64,000 nt of DNA from Alphaproteobacteria bacterium (GTDB lineage: Bacteria > Pseudomonadota > Alphaproteobacteria > Bin95), in the NCBI GenBank assembly GCA_965205265.1, contig CBDBGH010000003.1:672001-736000 (forward strand), read 5' to 3'. Positions 1-9,228 of the stretch are shown here, piece after piece (position 1 is the first letter of the stretch; each line of letters starts with the position of its first letter). The notes under the pieces are model-generated. The model saw only the letters and a program-made list of their open reading frames with translations. It did no database searches and was not told the origin of the DNA. The position numbers and the translations under genes were made by a program.

Positions 1-426
1 ATTGCCGCACTCACCGCGAACCGGGGCGTCGATCCCGCGCAGATGGCGCTTTGCCAGACGATCTGCGAAGCCGTCGGCGAGGTCGTCTGGCTCGGCGATG
101 AGACGGCCATGGACGCGGTGACGGCCGTTTCCGGCAGCGGCCCGGCCTATGTCTTCCATCTGGTGGAGGCGCTTGCTGCGGCCGGCCAGCGCGAGGGCCT
201 GCCGGCCGACATGGCGATGCGCCTCGCCCGCGCCACCGTTTCCGGGGCCGGGGAACTGCTGAACCGGTCGCCGGAAGGCGCGGACGTGCTGAGGCGTAAT
301 GTCACCAGTCCGGGCGGGACCACCGCCGCCGCCCTCGACGTATTGATGGCGGATGACGGCCTGGCCGCGCTGATGCGCCGCGCCGTCGCCGCCGCCGCCA
401 ATCGTTCGCGGGAACTGGGCGGATAG
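1..426 (+). CDS. proC: Pyrroline-5-carboxylate reductase, C-terminal part (5' end outside window)
   Basis: Motifs MDAVTAVSGSGPAY and VTSPGGTT; frame open from position 1. Confidence 0.95.
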   Translation: MAALTANRGVDPAQMALCQTICEAVGEVVWLGDETAMDAVTAVSGSGPAYVFHLVEALAAAGQREGLPADMAMRLARATVSGAGELLNRSPEGADVLRRNVTSPGGTTAAALDVLMADDGLAALMRRAVAAAANRSRELGG

Positions 427-433
427 CCGGCGC

Positions 434-462
434 TTGACCGGTTGGGGCGGCGTCCCTATACA
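434..462 (+). promoter_or_regulatory. Putative sigma70 promoter of rpmB
   Basis: TTGACC-N17-TATACA, close to the alphaproteobacterial CTTGAC-N17-CTATAT consensus. Confidence 0.55.
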
Positions 463-504
463 GCCGCGTTCCGAACGAGACCGTTCCGGCAGGGAGAGAA
501 GGCG

Positions 505-813
505 ATGTCGCGGCGCTGCGCGATCACCGGCAAGGGCGTGATGACCGGCAACAATGTCAGCCACGCCAACAACAAGAGCCGCCGGCGTTTTCTGCCGAAT
601 GTGCAGTCCAGGACGCTGCTGAGCGAAGTCCTGGGCGAAGCGGTGCGGCTGCGCATTTCGGGCCACGGCCTGCGCACGGTGGAGCATAATGGCGGTCTCG
701 ACGCCTTCCTTCTCGGCCGTCCCGATTCGAGGCTGACGGTCGAGGCCCGGCGCATCAAGCGCCGTATCGAGAAGGCGAAGGCCAAGCGCGAAGCCCGCGA
801 ACAGGCCGCCTAG
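505..813 (+). CDS. rpmB: 50S ribosomal protein L28
   Basis: [32 protein letters not shown]; purine-rich RBS before ATG 505. Confidence 0.97.
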   Translation: MSRRCAITGKGVMTGNNVSHANNKSRRRFLPNVQSRTLLSEVLGEAVRLRISGHGLRTVEHNGGLDAFLLGRPDSRLTVEARRIKRRIEKAKAKREAREQAA

Positions 814-829
814 CCGGGACTTCGCCGCC

Positions 830-2119
830 CTAATCGGCGAAGGGGTCGTACATCGCTATCGTGTCTTCGCGGTCCGGTCCCGTGGACAGCATCGCGACCG
901 GGCAGCCGATCAGTTCCTCGACACGCCGGACATATTTGACCGCCGTGGCCGGCAATTGCGCCCAGCCCGTGGCGCCTGCCGTGCTTTCGGACCAGCCTTC
1001 CAGCCGCTCATACACCGGTTCGACCGCTGCCTGGTCGGCCTGGCTGGCCGGCAGGCGCGACAGCATGCGCCCGCCGATGCGGTATCCCGTGCAGACTTTC
1101 AGGCTTTCAAGGCCGTCCAGCACATCGAGCTTGGTGAGCGCGATGCCGTCGATGCCCGAGAGCCGCACCGCCTGGCGCACCGCCGCCGCATCGAACCAGC
1201 CGCAGCGCCGCGGCCGGCCGGTGACGGTGCCGAACTCGCGGCCGCGCTCCGCAAGATGCGCGCCGATCCCGTCCGTCAATTCGGTGGGGAACGGGCCGCC
1301 GCCGACGCGCGTCGTATAGGCCTTGGCGGTGCCGAGCACATAGCCGACCGCGCCCGGCCCCATGCCGCTGCCGACCGCAGCTGCCGCGGCAACCGTGTTC
1401 GAGGAGGTCACGAAGGGATAGGTGCCGTGGTCCACATCGAGCAGAATGCCTTGCGCGCCTTCGAACAGAAGCCGCTTCCCGGACCGGCGCAGCCCGTCCA
1501 GCCGCTCCCATACGCAATCGACATAAGGCGCCAGCGGACCGCGAACCTCCTCCAGACCCGCAATGAGCTCGTCCGGCGCGATTTCCTCCGCGCTCCATCC
1601 CCGGAGCAATGCGTTGTGATGCTCCAGCAGATGGCCGACCTTCTCCCGGAGCCCGGCATCGTCATAGAGGTCGGCAACGCGGATCGCGCGCCGCCCGGCC
1701 TTGTCTTCATAGGCAACGCCGATGCCGCGCCCGGTCGTGCCGATGGCGCCCTTTCCCCGCCGCTTTTCGCGGAGCCGGTCCACGCGCCCGTAGAAGGGCA
1801 GGATCAAGGTCGCGCTTTCCGCGAGGCGCAGCGTTTCGGGAGAAACCGCAACGCCTTGCCCGCGCAGGCGGTCCATTTCCTCCAGCAGCGCCCACGGGTC
1901 CACCACGACGCCGTTGCCGATGATCGACAGCGTGCCCCGCACCACGCCGGACGGCAGCAGAGAGAGCTTGTAGGTCTCGTTGGCAACCTGCAGGGTGTGG
2001 CCGGCATTGTGTCCGCCCTGGAAGCGCACCACGACATCGGCCCGCTCGGCGAGCCAGTCCACGACCTTGCCCTTGCCTTCGTCGCCCCATTGCGCGCCGA
2101 TCACGGCCACATTGGTCAT
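830..2119 (-). CDS. purA: Adenylosuccinate synthetase
   Basis: [35 protein letters not shown]. Confidence 0.98.
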   Translation of the reverse strand: MTNVAVIGAQWGDEGKGKVVDWLAERADVVVRFQGGHNAGHTLQVANETYKLSLLPSGVVRGTLSIIGNGVVVDPWALLEEMDRLRGQGVAVSPETLRLAESATLILPFYGRVDRLREKRRGKGAIGTTGRGIGVAYEDKAGRRAIRVADLYDDAGLREKVGHLLEHHNALLRGWSAEEIAPDELIAGLEEVRGPLAPYVDCVWERLDGLRRSGKRLLFEGAQGILLDVDHGTYPFVTSSNTVAAAAAVGSGMGPGAVGYVLGTAKAYTTRVGGGPFPTELTDGIGAHLAERGREFGTVTGRPRRCGWFDAAAVRQAVRLSGIDGIALTKLDVLDGLESLKVCTGYRIGGRMLSRLPASQADQAAVEPVYERLEGWSESTAGATGWAQLPATAVKYVRRVEELIGCPVAMLSTGPDREDTIAMYDPFAD

Positions 2120-3240
2120 TCCGGGTCTCCGTCCAGGGATTCGATGCCGCCGGCACCCAGCAGGTAGCTGCAGCCGAGACGGCGCGCTTCGGCTTCCGGA
2201 TCGCCTGCCGGCTGAAGCGCCTGCACCGTTATCCAGCCGTCCGCCTGCCAGCGCCGGCGTTCCGCGCCGCTTGTGCCGTAAGGCAAAAACAGGCGGGAAC
2301 GCGGGGCCGGCTGCGTCAGCAGGCGGTGGATGGCGTCGAGATAGAGCGTCACGCCCGTGCCCGTCTCGCCCTCGGCGCGGTAGCGGCCGCCGCGGCCCAC
2401 TTCGCCGCGACCGCCGCTTGCGAACAGGCTGAAGGCCGCTCCCGAGTAATACTGGAAGCCGCGGTGCTCCACCGGGTCGATGGTAATCCGCAGCCCGGGG
2501 GCCGCCGCCGCCACCGCCGCCGCAACTTCCAGCAGGCGGTCCCGAAGCGCGGCCGCGGCCGCCGGCAGGTCGAGCGAAGAGAGCGCCGGCGCCGCCGTTT
2601 CGTAAGGACCGGTCGCCGCCATCAGGGCCGTGAAGCGCGGTCCGCCCCGCGAAGCGACAGCTGCCGCATCCTTGCGGCCGAGCGCGTCGCCCAGCACGGT
2701 GTCGTCTTCAAGGCCGGCATCGGCGAGAAGCGCCCTCACCAGCGCCGGCGCGCCCAGGTCGATGCTCACCCCCGGCACGCCCAGCGCTTCCAGCGCCTCG
2801 AAGCCGAGCCGCGCGACCTCGGCATCGGCCGACACGCCTTCCGCGCCGATCAGTTCGACCCCGGCCTGGGCCACCTGGCGCTCGGCGTGGAGCTGGGAGA
2901 CGCCGACCCTCAGCACCTGTCCCGCATAGGCGAGGCGCAGCGGGCGCGGCTCGCCGGCAAGCCGGGTGCGTGCGATCCGCGCCACCTGGAGCGTCATGTC
3001 GGAGCGCAACGCCAGCATGTGTTGCGAAACCGGGTCCATGATGCGGAAGGTGTCGGCCGCAATCGCGGCGCCCTCGTCCGCCAGGAAGCTCGTCTCGAAC
3101 TCGGCGAGCGGCGGGTCAACGCGCTCGTAGCCGTTGAGCGCGAAGAGCTCCAGCAGGCGCGCCTCTACGGCCGCCTCGAAGGCGGCATCCGGAGGCAGGA
3201 CATCGCGCAATCCCGCCGGCAGCAGCGCCCTGTCGGTCAT
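2116..3240 (-). CDS. hisZ: ATP phosphoribosyltransferase regulatory subunit
   Basis: [27 protein letters not shown]; HisRS-like; directly upstream of purA. Confidence 0.93.
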   Translation of the reverse strand: MTDRALLPAGLRDVLPPDAAFEAAVEARLLELFALNGYERVDPPLAEFETSFLADEGAAIAADTFRIMDPVSQHMLALRSDMTLQVARIARTRLAGEPRPLRLAYAGQVLRVGVSQLHAERQVAQAGVELIGAEGVSADAEVARLGFEALEALGVPGVSIDLGAPALVRALLADAGLEDDTVLGDALGRKDAAAVASRGGPRFTALMAATGPYETAAPALSSLDLPAAAAALRDRLLEVAAAVAAAAPGLRITIDPVEHRGFQYYSGAAFSLFASGGRGEVGRGGRYRAEGETGTGVTLYLDAIHRLLTQPAPRSRLFLPYGTSGAERRRWQADGWITVQALQPAGDPEAEARRLGCSYLLGAGGIESLDGDPE

Positions 3241-3629
3241 ACACCCCGTCCGGCGGGGTCGTAGCGCTCCAGCGCGAGTCCGGGAAGGAAGCGGTAATGG
3301 CGGATATTACCGGTCAGCAGGCCCAAGCCGGAGACCACCGCCGAAGCTGCGACGAGCGCATCCCCGATGCGCATACCGTGCGAGAGCGCATACTCCTCGA
3401 CATAGGAGATTGCCCGGCTGCCAATCTCTTCCGTGAGCGGCAGGATGCGCCAGCCGTATGTCCGAACCGTCCATCGGAACAACTGAAGCTCCTGCCTGTT
3501 GCGCACGCCTTGCGCAACTTCCATATAAGTCACTGTCGAAATTCGGACGGGATGTTGTTTCGAGATCGCTTCCCGGGCAGGCGCCCGCCCGCGCAGAAAC
3601 CCTATCACAACGTCGGAATCAATCAGCAA
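3237..3629 (-). CDS. PIN-domain toxin (VapC family)
   Basis: LLIDSDVVI...TYMEV...DALVAASA...TGNIRHY PIN pattern; TTG start overlapping the antitoxin end. Confidence 0.88.
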   Translation of the reverse strand: MLIDSDVVIGFLRGRAPAREAISKQHPVRISTVTYMEVAQGVRNRQELQLFRWTVRTYGWRILPLTEEIGSRAISYVEEYALSHGMRIGDALVAASAVVSGLGLLTGNIRHYRFLPGLALERYDPAGRGV

Positions 3630-3873
3630 AAAGGAGCCCCTTGCGAAGGTTGCGAACCCAAGCGTCCACATCGTCCATATCCGTGCGGTCCTTCCACATG
3701 CCGAAGGCGGATGCGGGCGCAGGCTCATAGCAAGGCGCCTCCTCGGAATGTTCGATGGGCACCAGCCTCGCCCGGGGCTTGCCGCGATAGGTGACAGTCA
3801 CCTGCTCGCCCCGTTCCACCAGGGCCAGCGCCTCTCCGACACGGCTCCGCAATTCCTTGGCGGTTATCTCCAT
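3619..3873 (-). CDS. Phd/YefM-family antitoxin
   Basis: MEITAKELRSRVGEALALVERGEQVTVTYRGKPRARLVP; upstream of a PIN toxin. Confidence 0.88.
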   Translation of the reverse strand: MEITAKELRSRVGEALALVERGEQVTVTYRGKPRARLVPIEHSEEAPCYEPAPASAFGMWKDRTDMDDVDAWVRNLRKGLLFAD

Positions 3874-3944
3874 CGTTCGGTTCCCTACGTCCGAAGTGTC
3901 TCTTGGAAGGATACACTCGGCCCCCGGCAACGCAACCGCTCTGC

Positions 3945-5522
3945 TCAAAACCGCAGCACCAAGGGGCGGGCGATGGTGTCCGGCAGGGCGGCGATGCGAT
4001 CCAGCACGCGCTCCGGGCAGTCCTCGTCGATTTCGATGAGCGCGAGCGCATGTCCGCCCGCCGCCGGGCGGCCGAGATGGAAGTTGGCGATGTTGACGCC
4101 TTCCTCGCCCAGGATCGTGCCGATCTTGCCGATGACGCCCGGCCGGTCGTGGTTTCGCAGGAACAGCATGATCGGCCCGAACGCCGCCTCGAAATGGATG
4201 TCCTGCACCCGCACGAGCCGCAGCCGGTCGCCGAACAGCGTGCCGGCGACGGTGCGGCTGCGCGCGCCCATGGCGGCCCTGACCTCGATGAGGGCCCGGT
4301 AGCCGTCCGCCTCGCCGGTCGAGGATTCACGCAGATCGATGCCGCGTTCGCGGGCGATGAGCGGCGCGTTCACCATGTTGACCGAGTCGAGTTGGCTGGA
4401 CAGCACGCCCTGCAGCACCAGGCCGGAAAGCGGGCGCGTGTTCAGCCGCGCCATGTCTCCCTTCCAGGCGATGTCGATGCCGGTGATCGCATCGTCGCAG
4501 ATCTGCCCGACAAAGCGGCCGAGCGCATCCGCCAGGCCCATATAGGGCTTGAGCCTCGGCGCCTCCTCGGCGGTGACCGAAGGCGCGTTGAGGGCGTTGA
4601 CGACGGCGCCCGTATGGAGGAAGGCCGCGATCTGCTGGGCCACCTCGACCGCCACATTCTCCTGCGCTTCGGCCGTGGACGCTCCGACATGGGGGGTCGC
4701 CACCACATTGTCGCGGCCGAAAAGCGCGTTCTCCTCCGCCGGCTCGACCTCGAAAACATCGAAGGCTGCGCCCGCCACATGGCCGCTGTCGAGGGCGGCC
4801 GAGAGGTCCGCCTCGACGACGAGCCCGCCGCGCGCGCAATTGACGAGGCGCACGCCGGGCTTCATCCGGGAGATGGCGTCCGCGTCGATCATGCCGCGCG
4901 TCCGCTCTGTCAGCGGCGTGTGGAGGGTGATGAAATCGGCTTCGGCGAAAAGGGCCTCCAGATCCACCTTGGCGGCGCCGAGGTCCCGCGCCCGGTCCTC
5001 CGAGACGAAGGGATCGAAGACCAGCACCCGCATTGCGAGCCCGCGCGCCCGCGCGCAGACGGCGGCGCCGACATTGCCGCAGCCGATGACGCCGAGCGTC
5101 TTGCCGGCCACCTCGCTGCCCATGAAGCGGGATTTCTCCCACCTGCCGGCCTGGGTCGAGCGGTCCGCCGCCGGTATCTGGCGCACGAGCGCGAACAGCA
5201 GCGCAATCGCGTGCTCGGCCGTCGTGACCGTATTGCCGTAGGGCGTGTTCATCACGACCACGCCGCGCTCTGTCGCCGCCGGGATGTCGATATTGTCCAC
5301 ACCGATGCCGGCGCGGCCGACCACTTCCAGATCGGGCGCGCGGTCGAGCAGTGCTGCCGAGACCTCCGTTGCGGAGCGCACAACCAGCCCGCGGACGCCT
5401 GCCATCCGCGCAGCCAGGGCTTCCGGAGCGAGGTCCGGCACCTCTTCGACCTCCAGCCCCGCTGCGCGAAGGATTTCTCCGGCGCGGGCACTCAGGCGGT
5501 CGGCGATCAGCACCTTCTTCAT
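3945..5522 (-). CDS. serA: D-3-phosphoglycerate dehydrogenase
   Basis: MKKVLIAD, GRAGIGVDNID, GCGNVG, TPHVGAST, C-terminal ACT domain; likely start ATG 5522, not the 931-aa ORF start. Confidence 0.96.
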   Translation of the reverse strand: MKKVLIADRLSARAGEILRAAGLEVEEVPDLAPEALAARMAGVRGLVVRSATEVSAALLDRAPDLEVVGRAGIGVDNIDIPAATERGVVVMNTPYGNTVTTAEHAIALLFALVRQIPAADRSTQAGRWEKSRFMGSEVAGKTLGVIGCGNVGAAVCARARGLAMRVLVFDPFVSEDRARDLGAAKVDLEALFAEADFITLHTPLTERTRGMIDADAISRMKPGVRLVNCARGGLVVEADLSAALDSGHVAGAAFDVFEVEPAEENALFGRDNVVATPHVGASTAEAQENVAVEVAQQIAAFLHTGAVVNALNAPSVTAEEAPRLKPYMGLADALGRFVGQICDDAITGIDIAWKGDMARLNTRPLSGLVLQGVLSSQLDSVNMVNAPLIARERGIDLRESSTGEADGYRALIEVRAAMGARSRTVAGTLFGDRLRLVRVQDIHFEAAFGPIMLFLRNHDRPGVIGKIGTILGEEGVNIANFHLGRPAAGGHALALIEIDEDCPERVLDRIAALPDTIARPLVLRF

Positions 5523-5530
5523 CGGCCGGC

Positions 5531-6682
5531 TCAGAGCTTCCCGACCTCGGCCTCGAAGGCCCAGTCCAGCCAAGGCATGAGCGCCTCCAGGTCGCTGCGT
5601 TCGACCGTGGGGCCGGCCCAGATGCGCAGGCTCGGCGGCGCGTCGCGATGGTTGGCGATGTCGCGGGCTGCATCCTCGGCGTCGAGCCGCGCCGCAAATG
5701 CCTGTACAAAGGCCCTCAGCCGGTCCTCCGGCAGGCCGGCGACCCGGGGATCGGCGAAGGCGAGGCAGACCGAGGTCGGCGAGCGCGCCGCCGGGTCGCG
5801 GGCGAGGAAGTCGATCCAGCGCGTCCGGGCCACCCACTCCCCGATGACGGCGGCATTGGCCCGGGTGCGCGCGACGGTCCCGGCAAGGCCGCCCACGCTC
5901 TCCACCCAGGCCAGCGCATCGAGCGCGTCCTCGACGCACAGCATGGAAGGCGTGTTCAGCGTCTCGCCGCGGAAGACGCCCTCGATCAGCGCGCCGCCCC
6001 GGGTCAGGCGGAAGACCTTCGGCAGCGGCCATGGCGGCGTCCAGGACAACAGCCGTTCCGCCGCGCGCGGGCCGAGCGCCAGCATGCCGTGCGCCCCCTC
6101 GCCGCCGATGGCCTTCTGCCAGGACCAGGTGACGACATCGAGCTTCGGCCACGGCATGTCCATGGCGAATACGGCCGAAGTGGCGTCGCAGATCGCAAGG
6201 CCGCGCCGGTCCTCGGCGATCCAGTCGCCGTCGGGCAGGCAGACGCCCGAGGTGGTGCCGTTCCACACGAACACAAGGTCGCGGTCGCAGTCCGCTTCCG
6301 ACAGGTCCGGCAGGGCGCCGTATCCGGCTTCCAGCAGGCGCACGTCCTGGATGCCGAGATGGCTCCGGACATCCAGGGCCCAGCTCGCCCCGAAGCTCTC
6401 CCACGCCAGCACATCGACGCCGCGCGCGCCGAGCAGGGACCACAGCGCGATCTCCACGGCGCCGGTGTCGGAAGCGGGCACGATCGCGAGCCGCCAGTCC
6501 TCCGGCATGCCGAGCAGCCGGCGGCTCCTGGCGATGACCTCGGCCAGCTTTTCCTTGCCGGGCGCGGAGCGGTGCGAGCGCCCCACCAGGGCATCGGCGA
6601 GGACGGCCGGCGTCCATCCCGGCCGCTTGGTGCAGGGCCCGGAGGAGAAGTTCGGATTGGCGGGGCGGACGGTCGGTTTCAT
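5531..6682 (-). CDS. serC: Phosphoserine aminotransferase (alphaproteobacterial/Methanosarcina type)
   Basis: NFSSGPCTKRPGW, WNGTTSG, SWQKAIGGEG (PLP lysine), LRIWAGPTV. Confidence 0.95.
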   Translation of the reverse strand: MKPTVRPANPNFSSGPCTKRPGWTPAVLADALVGRSHRSAPGKEKLAEVIARSRRLLGMPEDWRLAIVPASDTGAVEIALWSLLGARGVDVLAWESFGASWALDVRSHLGIQDVRLLEAGYGALPDLSEADCDRDLVFVWNGTTSGVCLPDGDWIAEDRRGLAICDATSAVFAMDMPWPKLDVVTWSWQKAIGGEGAHGMLALGPRAAERLLSWTPPWPLPKVFRLTRGGALIEGVFRGETLNTPSMLCVEDALDALAWVESVGGLAGTVARTRANAAVIGEWVARTRWIDFLARDPAARSPTSVCLAFADPRVAGLPEDRLRAFVQAFAARLDAEDAARDIANHRDAPPSLRIWAGPTVERSDLEALMPWLDWAFEAEVGKL

Positions 6683-6829
6683 TGCGTCTCGCACTGTATC
6701 GTGAAAGCGGGCAACCTATTCCTTGCGCCGCCGCAATCAACGCGGCTGCGAGTCGCGGAAATGCGGGTCAGGCATTTGAGTTCCTTGCGGCGAAGACAGG
6801 GAAGGGCGGCTGGCGCAAATCCGATCCGG

Positions 6830-7807
6830 CTAAAGTTCGAGACCGGCAACCATCCTTTTGGCGAGGACGCGGGCCTCGGCGCGGTTCGTCGGGATCGTTC
6901 CGGTCGGGCCGCGGGCGGCCCAGCCGACGGCGTAAAGGCCGGGCTCTATTTCGGGACCCGTTGGCCGGACGCCGTCTGTGGCGGCCTTCTCGTAGCCGAT
7001 GCAGGTGACGGCGAGATCGGCCGGCAGGACGCCGCCGCCGGTCCGGACCGCCTCCAGCCGGCCTGCGCCCAGAAAGGCCGTTGCCTGTGTGTGGAAATGG
7101 AAGCGGATCGGAATGCCGCGCCCCGGCGGCCGCGCCGCGAAGTCCTTCAGGATGACAGAGGCTTCGCCGCTCGCGTCCCCGAATGCCTCCACCTCGGGCC
7201 ATGCGGCCGCAAGCTCGCCGATCTCCAGAAGTTCTGTCGGGCTGAAGCGCACATCCTCCGGGCCGCCCCGGATCAGCAGGTCGATGCGCTCCAGCGCGAG
7301 CGGGTTCAGGCAGTCGATCTCGCGATGCTTCGCCAGCAGGCGGACGGCGTCGAGGGCGACATTGCCGGCCCCGACGACGACCGCGCGCCGGGCGCCGGCG
7401 AGACGGGCCAGCGGGGCCGCTTCGGGATGGCCGTTGATCCAGCGGATGAAGCGGCCCGAGGGCTCGGCCAACTCTTCGCCGGGTACGTCCAGCCTGCGGT
7501 CCAGGGGCGCGCCCGTCGCCAGCGCCACGGCGTCGTAGTCGCGGCGGAGCGTATCCAACCCGATATCGCGCCCGACCTCGACGCCGAGATGCAGAGAAGC
7601 CGCGCCCCTGTCGAACGGCCGCTGCAGCACGCGGGCGATAGCGCGGGTCTGCTCGTGGTCCGGCGCCACGCCGAAACGCACCAGGCCGAACGGTTCGTCC
7701 AGCCGCTCGAACACGTCGATGACCGCGCCCGGTATGGCGCGGGCGAGCGCATCCGCCAGATAGCAGCCCGCCGGGCCGGACCCGGCGATGGCGAAACGCG
7801 CCGTCAA
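6830..7807 (-). CDS. Ferredoxin/flavodoxin-NADP+ reductase of adrenodoxin-reductase (FprA) type, short form (~325 aa)
   Basis: GSGPAG, PFGLVRFGVAPDH, GAGNVALD, GWAARGPTGTI; TTG start overlaps the boxB TGA. Confidence 0.8.
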   Translation of the reverse strand: MTARFAIAGSGPAGCYLADALARAIPGAVIDVFERLDEPFGLVRFGVAPDHEQTRAIARVLQRPFDRGAASLHLGVEVGRDIGLDTLRRDYDAVALATGAPLDRRLDVPGEELAEPSGRFIRWINGHPEAAPLARLAGARRAVVVGAGNVALDAVRLLAKHREIDCLNPLALERIDLLIRGGPEDVRFSPTELLEIGELAAAWPEVEAFGDASGEASVILKDFAARPPGRGIPIRFHFHTQATAFLGAGRLEAVRTGGGVLPADLAVTCIGYEKAATDGVRPTGPEIEPGLYAVGWAARGPTGTIPTNRAEARVLAKRMVAGLEL

Positions 7808-9228
7808 TGCAGCTTCACATATTCGTAATCGACCGGTTTGCCATCGATGCCGCGCGCCGGCGGGGCGATCCAGCCCGCCATCTTTCCGGGCTCGGTGACG
7901 GCCCGCATCAGCGAACGGACATAGGCTTTGTCCTCCTCCGTCGGCAGCCAGCCGGGCAGGCGCCTGCGGTAGAGGTCGTCGGCCATCGGCGTGCCGTCGG
8001 GGGCGACGGGAGCCCCGGCCCAGCGGCCGATGGTGCGGCGGAAGCGCGTCGAGGGCAGGAAGAGTTCGGCGTCGAAGCCCGCGCGCTTTATCGTCCGGTT
8101 CCAGCGCGTCATGCCGATGGCGCAGTCCTTCACATAGAGGTTGCGCGTGATCTCGTTCATCGCATTGCGGGTCGGCACTTCCTCCTCGCGGATGCCGCCC
8201 GTCTCGTCGGGAACCGCGATGCGTTCGACGGTGTCGAGGCACACATGGTCCTCGAAACCCGCCTCGTCGGGCCGTCCCTTCAGGCCCGCCGCGAAATAGG
8301 CGGCGGCGTTGGAGGAGGTCTCGGAGCCGAACAGGTCGAGCGAGGAGGAGAACCAGAAATTGATGTAGCGCTGGAGCGTCGGCAGGTCGATGGCGCCCTG
8401 GGCGCGCACCGCGTCCGGGTCGTCCGTGCCGAGCGCCTGCATCACTTCGAGCGTGCGCCTGACGATCCGACCGATGCCGGTTTCGCCGACGAACATGTGG
8501 TGCGCCTCCTCGGTCAGCATGAAGGAGCAGGTGCGCGCCAGCGGGTCGAAGGCCGACTCGGCGAACGACTTCAGCTGGTACTTGCCGTCCCGGTCGGTGA
8601 AATAGGTGAACATGAAGAAGGAGAGCCAGTCGTCTATCGGCTCGTTGAAGGTAGTGAGGATGCGCGGATTGTCCGGGTCGCCCGAGTGGCGGTAGAGCAG
8701 TTCCTCGGCCTCCTCGCGCCCGTCGCGGCCGAAATGGGCGTGCAGCAGATAGACCATCGCCCAGAGGTGGCGGCCTTCCTCGACATTGACCTGGAAGAGG
8801 TTGCGCAGGTCGTAGAGCGACGGACAGCTATGGCCGAGGCGGCGCTGCTGCTCGACGGAGGCGGGCTCGGTGTCGCCCTGGGTCACGATCAGCCGGCGGA
8901 GCGCGGCGCGGTGCTCGCCCGGAACCTCCGGCCAGACCGGCTTGCCCATCTCGTCGCCGAAGCCGATCACGCGGTCCTGCTCGGGCTCGGCAAGGAAGAT
9001 GCCCCAGCGGTATTCCGGCATGCGCACATAGCCGAAGCTGGCCCAGCCCCTCGCATCCACCGCCGTTGCGGTGCGCAGATAGACATCCGCCGCCTGGAAG
9101 CCCTCGGGACCGAGCTCGCTCCACCAGTTGAGGAAGCGGGGCTGCCAGTGCTCGAGCGCGCGCTGCAGGCGCCGGTCCTCGGAGAGATCGATATTGTTGG
9201 GGATGCGCCCCGTGTAATCGACAGCCAT
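7804..9228 (-). CDS. boxB: Benzoyl-CoA 2,3-epoxidase subunit B (di-iron)
   Basis: IPNNIDL, QGDTEPASVEQQ, VNVEEGRHLWAM, TDRDGKYQL, EEAHH. Confidence 0.96.
   Translation of the reverse strand: MAVDYTGRIPNNIDLSEDRRLQRALEHWQPRFLNWWSELGPEGFQAADVYLRTATAVDARGWASFGYVRMPEYRWGIFLAEPEQDRVIGFGDEMGKPVWPEVPGEHRAALRRLIVTQGDTEPASVEQQRRLGHSCPSLYDLRNLFQVNVEEGRHLWAMVYLLHAHFGRDGREEAEELLYRHSGDPDNPRILTTFNEPIDDWLSFFMFTYFTDRDGKYQLKSFAESAFDPLARTCSFMLTEEAHHMFVGETGIGRIVRRTLEVMQALGTDDPDAVRAQGAIDLPTLQRYINFWFSSSLDLFGSETSSNAAAYFAAGLKGRPDEAGFEDHVCLDTVERIAVPDETGGIREEEVPTRNAMNEITRNLYVKDCAIGMTRWNRTIKRAGFDAELFLPSTRFRRTIGRWAGAPVAPDGTPMADDLYRRRLPGWLPTEEDKAYVRSLMRAVTEPGKMAGWIAPPARGIDGKPVDYEYVKLH

Noticed and set aside
3945-6740. 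931-aa ORF suggesting a long N-terminal extension of SerA
   Set aside because: The extension is an alternate frame of serC with low-complexity R/G/A content; SerA homology starts at ATG 5522
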